A stretch of 64,000 bases of DNA from Eledone cirrhosa. Its lineage: Eukaryota. The notes beneath the pieces were generated by a model, which saw nothing but the letters and a program-made list of their open reading frames with translations, did no database searches and had not been told where the DNA came from. The translations under genes were made by a program, and so were the position numbers. The stretch covers positions 1,426,001 through 1,490,000 of the forward strand of contig OZ024757.1 of assembly GCA_964016885.1 (NCBI GenBank), written 5' to 3'. Numbering within the stretch: the stretch's first letter is position 1; each line of letters begins with the position of its first letter. Positions 56,360 through 64,000 of the stretch are shown in pieces.

Positions 56360-56920
56360 ACCACTACCACCACCACCACCACCACGACACCACCACCACG
56401 ACACCACCACCACCACCACCACGACACCACCACCACCACCACCACGACACCACCACCACCACCACCACCACACTACCACCGCCACCACACCACCCCCACA
56501 CCACCACAACACCACACCACCACCACCACACCACCACCACCGCCACCACACCACCACCACACCACCACCACACCACCACCACCACCACCACACCACCACC
56601 ACACCACCACCACCACCACCACACCACCACCACCACCACACCACACCACCACGACACCACCACCACCACGACACCACCACCACCACACCACACCACCACG
56701 ACACCACCACCACCACCACGACACCACCACCACCACCACCACCACACCACCACCACGACACCACCACACCACCACCACACCACCACCACCACCACACCAC
56801 ACCACCACGACACCACCACACCACCACCACCACCACCACACCACCACCACCACACCACACCACCACGACACCACCACCACCACCACGACACCACCACCAC
56901 CACCACCACCACCACCACCA
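56360..56920. repeat. Degenerate (CAC)n microsatellite
   Basis: Directly visible. Confidence 0.95.
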
Positions 56921-57004
56921 TTTCCTCCATGCATTTCTCTCCCAAAATACTAAAATGTACTTTAAGCGTTAAGTCAGATTGTTATTCTTGCCAAATATAT
57001 ATAC

Positions 57005-57044
<40 letters not shown>

Positions 57045-57300
57045 GTATATATACTGTATATATATATATATACTGTATATATATATACAGTATATATATA
57101 TATACAGTAGATATACAGTATATATATATATACATATATAGAGGGAGAGATATGTATGTATATACACAGTAGATATACAGTAGATATACAGTATGTCTTG
57201 TCTTCTTCACCTTTGACATAAACTGTAGGAAGTGGTGCCTTCCTAAGTTGACTGAGTGTGGGAAGAGAGGAGGGGTGATATCGAGAGGGGGGAGTGAGAG

Positions 57301-57349
<49 letters not shown>

Positions 57350-57669
57350 CTGCAAACCCTGAGTTCACTGTGACCTTTGAAGCAATGAGGGGGTGGGTTG
57401 ATGACAATGAGGGTTTTAGTGGTTCATACAGCTGAAGTATCAGGTGATGCTCCTAGCAGGGGTACTTGGCTGTTACAGTGACTTAGCCATGCTATCACCT
57501 CTGGCAATACCATTAGTGTCTTAGCATTCCCTATTGTAGTTTGTAATTGAGAGACCCATTATCAGTAATGTCATGTCTTGGTCCTTAATTTCTGGCTCAT
57601 CAAAAATATACAAAGACAAAAATACCAATATTTTATTTTGTTACCCAAGATCAACCCCACTTTAAAACT

Positions 57670-57905
57670 TAACTTTAAACCTAACCCTCAACAGAAACCT
57701 AACTCTAAACCCTCAACAGAAACCTATCTCCAAACCCTCACCAGAAACCTAACCGTAAACCCTCACCAGAAACCTAACCCTAAACCCTCACCAGAAACCT
57801 AACCGTAAACCCTCACCAGAAACCTACCCCTAAACCCTCACCAGAAACCTAACCGTAAACTCTCACCAGAAACCTAACGGTAAACCCTCACCAGAAACCT
57901 AACTC
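57670..57905. repeat. 25-bp repeat AAACCTAACCGTAAACCCTCACCAG
   Basis: About 8 copies of a degenerate CCCTAA-like unit. Confidence 0.85.
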
Positions 57906-58399
57906 CTAACCCAAGCTCTAACCTTAAAACTGATCTCTAAACTTAACCATAAACCTAATTATAATACTACACTTTTACCCTAACTCTACATTTAACACTA
58001 AACCCTAATACAACATTTTAACCTTCACTACCCTTCAACCCACCCCTAACATGTAAATTGTATTAACTCTGTCCTGACCATATTTCAAATGAAATACACT
58101 CTATTTCAAATAGTTATTGAACAATTTTGAAAGGTTTACTAAAATTATTGATTATTTCATTACTAAGATAGCAACTTAATGTGGGGTTCTTATGTAAAAT
58201 TATGTTGGAAGATTTTAATTTAAATTGGAACCCAGTATTTTAATTAATTAATTGTATGCGTCAAAGCATGACGTCCGACCCTCTACCGATACTGCCAAAA
58301 TTAATTAATGAAGAATATTAAGGGATTTACTAAGATTGTTAATTATTTCATTAACTTAATGTGGGGTTCTTATGTAAAATTATGTTGGAAGATTTTTAT

Positions 58400-58860
58400 T
58401 TAAATTGGAACCCTTTAAAATGGGTGACTTTATTTCATAGAATCTAAGCTGGTTTGGGCCAAGTTGGTAACTAAAGTGTTAAGCTGGTGTTTGGAACATA
58501 ACTTAACATTTTGAAATAAATATAAACACTTTAAAACAGTTTTGTATGGTAGAGCAGAGTCATGCTGTTAAGTATTGAAAGTTAAGCTACTGTCATAGTT
58601 TTAAATTAAATTGGAACCCTTTAAAATGGGTGACTTTATTTCATAGAATCTAAGCTGGTTTGGGCCAAGTTGGTAACTAAAGTGTTAAGCTGGTGTTTGG
58701 AACATAACTTAACATTTTGAAATAAATATAAACACTTTAAAACAGTTTTGTATGGTAGAGCAGAGTCATGCTGTTAAGTATTGAAAGTTAAGCTACTGTC
58801 ATAGTTTTAAATTAAATTGGAAACCTTTAAAATGGGTGATTTTGTTTCATAGAATCAGAG
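58400..58860. repeat. ~206-bp direct tandem duplication within a MITE-like region
   Basis: TTAAATTGGAACCCTTTAAAATGGGTGA recurs at ~58400, ~58606 and ~58812. Confidence 0.85.
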
Positions 58861-59089
58861 CAGTTTTGGCCGGATTTTAGCTGGTTTTAGCTGGATTTTG
58901 GCTGGTTAGGGCCGGATTTGTGCGTGTTTTAGCCGGATTTTGGCTGCATTGGGAACTAAAGGGTTAAATTTTATAGATGTTACATCATGTCCTTCATAGA
59001 TGCACAAAAACAGAAATAAATTAATAGATGGAGCAAAAATAAACAGCTTTGCCAGGTATTGAACAAATATGCTGGCAGATAGGGATCTC

Positions 59090-59960
59090 TGGTATACTGG
59101 TAGAGAGCGACTACTACTGGTATACTGGTAGAGAGAGACTACTACTGGTATACTGGTAGAGAGGGACTACTACTGGTATACTGGTAGAGAGGGACTACTA
59201 CTGGTATACTGGTAGAGAGCGACTACTACTGGTATACTGGTAGAGAGCGACTACTACTGGTATACTGGTAGAGAGCGACTACTACTGGTATACTGGTAGA
59301 GAGCGACTACTACTGGTATACTGGTAGAGAGGGACCACTACTGGTAGAGAGGGACTACTACTGGTATACTGGTAGAGAGCGACTACTACTGGTATACTGG
59401 TAGAGAGCGACTACTACTGGTATACTGGTAGAGAGCGACTACTACTGGTATACTGGTAGAGAGTGACTACTACTGGTATACTGGTAGAGAGCGACTACTA
59501 CTGGTATACTGGTAGAGTGCGACTACTACTGGTATACTGGTAGAGAGCGACTACTACTGGTATACTGGTAGAGAGCGACTACTACTGGTATACTGGTAGA
59601 GAGCGACTACTACTGACATACTGGTAGAGAGGGACCACTACTGGTAGAGAGCGACTACTACTGGTATACTGGTAGAGAGGGACCACTACTGGTAGAGAGG
59701 CACTACTACTGGTATACTGGTAGAGTGCGACGACTACTGGTATACTGGTAGAGAGCGACTACTACTGGTATACTGGTAGAGAGCGACTACTACTGGTATA
59801 CTGGTAGAGAGCGACTACTACTGGTATACTGGTAGAGAGCGACTACTACTGGTATACTGGTAGAGAGCGACTACTACTGGTATACTGGTAGAGTGCGACT
59901 ACTACTGGTATACTGGTAGAGAGGGACCACTACTGATAGAGAGGGACTACTACTGGTAGA
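59090..59960. repeat. ~28-bp minisatellite (TACTGGTATACTGGTAGAGAGCGACTAC)
   Basis: About 30 copies. Confidence 0.95.
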
Positions 59961-60054
59961 TAAGACCACTGGCAGATAAGACCTGATATCACAAAGAGAC
60001 TGTAACCTGGGAGGACTGCGGATGTAAAAGGCTGAGACCATGACAGGGAGTAGC

Positions 60055-63000
60055 TACAGGTGGGGTGACACTGCACCTCCCAGAGATATAGGTGAGAGTG
60101 TGTCACCCTACAGGTGGAGTGACACTGCACCTCCCAGGGATATAGGTGAGAGTGTGTCACCCTACAGGTGGGGTGACACTGCACCTCCCAGGGATATAGG
60201 TGAGAGTGTGTCACTCAACAGATGGGGTGACACTGCACCTCCCAGGGATATAGGTGAGAGTGTGTCACCCTACAGGTGGGGTGACACTGCACCTCCCAGA
60301 GATATAGGTGAGAGTGTGTCACCCTACAGGTGGGGTGACACTGCACCTCCCAGGGATATAGGTGAGAGTGTGTCACTCTACAGATGGGGTGACACTGCAC
60401 CTCCCAGGGATATAGGTGAGAGTGTGTCACCCTACAGGTGGGGTGACACTGCACCTCCCAGAGATATAGGTGAGAGTGTGTCACCCTACAGGTGGGGTGA
60501 CACTGCACCTCCCAGAGATATAGGTGAGAGTGTGTCACCCTACAGGTGGAGTGACACTGCACCTCCCAGGGATATAGGTGAGAGTGTGTCACCCTACAGG
60601 TGGGGTGACACTGCACCTCCCAGGGATATAGGTGAGAGTGTGTCACTCTACAGATGGGGTGACACTGCACCTCCCAGGGATATAGGTGAGAGTGTGTCAC
60701 CCTACAGATGGGGTGACACTGCACCTCCCAGGGATATAGGTGAGAGTGTGTCACCCTACAGATGGGGTGACACTGCACCTCCCAGAGATATAGGTGAGAG
60801 TGTGTCACCCTACATGTGGGGTGACACTGCACCTCCCAGAGATATAGGTGAGAGTGTGTCACCCTGCAGGTGGGGTGACACTGCACCTCCCAGAGATATA
60901 GGTGAGAGTGTGTCACCCTACAGGTGGGGTGACACTGCACCTCCCAGGGATATAGGTGAGAGTGTGTCACCCTACAGGTGGGGTGACACTGCACCTCCCA
61001 GAGATATAGGTGAGAGTGTGTCACTCTACAGGTGGGGTGACACTGCACCTCCCAGGGATATAGGTGAGAGTGTGTCACCCTACAGGTGGGGTGACACTGC
61101 ACCTCCCAGAGATATAGGTGAGAGTGTGTCACCCTACAGGTGGGGTGACACTGCACCTCGCAGGGATATAGGTGAGAGTGTGTCACCCTACAGGTGGGGT
61201 GACACTGCACCTCCCAGAGATATAGGTGAGAGTGTGTTACCCTACAGGTGGGGTGACACCGCACCTCCCAGAGATATAGGTGAGAGTGTGTCACCCTACA
61301 GGTGGGGTGACACTGCACCTCCCAGGGATATAGGTGAGAGTGTGTCACCCTACAGGTGGGGTGACACTGCACCTCCCAGGGATATAGGTAAGAGTGTGTC
61401 ACCCTACAGGTGGGGTGACACTGCACCTCCCAGAGATATAGGTGAGAGTGTGTCACCCTACAGGTGGGGTGACACTGCACCTCCCAGAGATATAGGTGAG
61501 AGTGTGTCACCCTACAGGTGGGGTGACACTGCACCTCCCAGGGATATAGGTGAGAGTGTGTCACCCTACAGGTGGGGTGACACTGCACCTCCCAGGGATA
61601 TAGGTGAGAGTGTGTCACCCTGCAGGTGGGGTGACACTGCACCTCCCAGGGATATAGGTGAGAGTGTGTCACCCTACAGGTGGGGTGACACTGCACCTCC
61701 CAGGGATATAGGTGAGAGTGTGTCACCCTACAGGTGGGGTGACACTGCACCTCCCAGAGATATAGGTGAGAGTGTGTTACCCTACAGGTGGGGTGACACT
61801 GCACCTCCCAGGGTTATAGGTGAGAGTGTGTCACCCTACAGGTGGGGTGACACTGCACCTCCCAGGGATATAGGTGAGAGTGTGTCACCCTACAGGTGGG
61901 GTGACACTGCACCTCCCAGGGATATAGGTGAGAGTGTGTCACCCTACAGGTGGGGTGACACTGCACCTCCCAGGGTTATAGGTGAGAGTGTGTCACCCTA
62001 CAGGTGGGGTGACACTGCACCTCCCAAGGATATAGGTGAGAGTGTGTCACCCTACAGGTGGGGTGACACAGCACCTCCCAAGGATATAGGTGAGAGTGTG
62101 TCACCCTACAGGTGGGGTGACACTGCACCTCCCAAGGATATAGGTGAGAGTGTGTCACCCTACAGGTGGGGTGACACAGCACCTCCCAGGGATATAGGTG
62201 AGAGTGTGTCACCCTACAGATGGGGTGACACTGCACCTCCCAGGGATATAGGTGAGAGTGTGTCACCCTACAGGTGGGGTGACACTGCACCTCCCAGGGA
62301 TATAGGTGAGAGTGTGTCACCCTACAGATGGGGTGACACTGCACCTCCCAGAGATATAGGTGAGAGTGTGTCACCCTACAGGTGGGGTGACACTGCACCT
62401 CCCAGGCATATAGGTGAGAGTGTGTCACCCTGTAGGTGGGGTGACACTGCACCTCCCAGAGATATAGGTGAGAGTGTGTCACCCTGTAGGTGGGGTGACA
62501 CTGCACCTCCCAGAGATATAGGTAAGAGTGTGTCACCTTACAGGTGGGGTGACACTGCACCTCCCAGGGATATAGGTGAGAGTGTGTCACCCTACAGGTG
62601 GGGTGACACTGCACCTCCCAGAGATATAGGTGAGAGTGTGTCACCCTGTAGGTGGGGTGACACTGCACCTCCCAGAGATATAGGTAAGAGTGTGTCACCT
62701 TACAGGTGGGGTGACACTGCACCTCCCAGGGATATAGGTGAGAGTGTGTCACCCTACAGGTGGGGTGACACTGCACCTCCCAGAGATATAGGTGAGAGTG
62801 TGTCACCCTGTAGGTGGGGTGACACTGCACCTCCCAGAGATATAGGTAAGAGTGTGTCACCTTACAGGTGGGGTGACACTGCACCTCCCAGGGATATAGG
62901 TGAGAGTGTGTCACCCTACAGGTGGGGTGACACTGCACCTCCCAGAGATATAGGTGAGAGTGTGTCACCCTGTAGGTGGGGTGACACTGCACCTCCCAGA

Positions 63001-64000
63001 GATATAGGTAAGAGTGTGTCACCTTACAGGTGGGGTGACACTGCACCTCCCAGGGATATAGGTGAGAGTGTGTCACCCTACAGGTGGGGTGACACTGCAC
63101 CTCCCAGGGATATAGGTGAGAGTGTGTCACCCTACAGGTGGGGTGACACTGCACCTCCCAGGGATATAGGTGAGAGTGTGTCACCCTGCAGGTGGGGTGA
63201 CACTGCACCTCCCAGGGATATAGGTGAGAGTGTGTCACCCTACAGGTGGGGTGACACTGCACCTCCCAGGGATATAGGTGAGTGTGTCACCCTACAGATG
63301 GGGTGACACTGCACCTCCCAGGGATATAGGTGAGAGTGTGTCACCCTACAGGTGGGGTGACACTGCACCTCCCAGAGATATAGGTGAGAGTGTGTCACCC
63401 TACAGGTGGGGTGACACTGCACCTCCCAGGGATATAGGTGAGAGTGTGTCACCCTACAGGTGGGGTGACACTGCACCTCCCAGGGATATAGGTGAGAGTG
63501 TGTCACCCTACAGGTGGGGTGACACTGCACCTCCCAGAGATATAGGTGAGAGTGTGTCACCCTACGGGTGGGGTGACACTGCACCTCCCAGAGATATAGG
63601 TAAGAGTGTGTCACCCTACAGGTGGGGTGACACTGCACCTCCCAGAGGTATAGGTGAGAGTGTGTCACCCTACGGGTGGGGTGACACTGCACCTCCCAGA
63701 GATATAGGTGAGAGTGTGTCACCCTACAGGTGGGGTGACACTGCACCTCCCAGGGATATAGGTGAGAGTGTGTTACCTTACAGGTGGGGTGACACTGCAC
63801 CTCCCAGGGATATAGGTGAGAGTGTGTCACCCTACAGGTGGGGTGACACTGCACCTCCCAGGGATATAGGTGAGAGTGTGTCACCCTGCAGGTGGGGTGA
63901 CACTGCACCTCCCAGGGATATAGGTGAGAGTGTGTCACTCTACAGGTGGGGTGACACTGCACCTCCCAGGGATATAGGTGAGAGTGTGTCACCCTGCAGG
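60055..64000. repeat. 54-bp palindrome-containing satellite, about 73 copies, continuing off the right window edge
   Basis: TACAGGTGGGGTGACACTGCACCTCCCAGGGATATAGGTGAGAGTGTGTCACCC. Confidence 0.97.

Noticed and set aside
56158-57141. His/Pro/Thr-rich protein ORFs
   Set aside because: Translation of a (CAC)n microsatellite
57670-58030. Telomeric array
   Set aside because: Only degenerate CCCTAA-like motifs inside a 25-bp unit; no pure (TTAGGG)n tract
60040-63306. 1088-aa repeat-protein ORF
   Set aside because: A 54-bp satellite with no unique domain; the frame is broken by a 2-bp deletion near 63280 while the array continues

Overview
Repeat-rich animal genomic DNA; no prokaryotic genes, CRISPR arrays or rRNA were found. 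The SINE/LINE families and microsatellite load suggest a cephalopod, probably an octopus (inference). One host gene is well supported: a minus-strand eukaryotic type II glutamine synthetase with six coding exons (29495 to 17214, 364 aa, canonical GT-AG splice sites) and a candidate non-coding first exon and TATA box near 46.5-46.8 kb. The rest is mobile DNA and repeats: a decayed Gypsy LTR element with a tRNA-Trp primer site, RTE-clade LINEs (one family with a PHD-type finger inside ORF2), tRNA-derived CORE-type SINEs, a Tc1/mariner (maT-like) element, non-autonomous Helitrons, a Penelope-like RT fragment, and many mini- and microsatellites. Most long ORFs in the track are repeat artefacts. 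The main hidden signal is a hammerhead ribozyme system. A 465/478-bp tandem array inside a GS intron carries nine type I hammerheads in highly structured monomers and looks like a retrozyme; a dispersed copy lies at 54 kb. At least two further hammerhead families occur in the window, one showing clear stem covariation. All RNA folds were done by eye.
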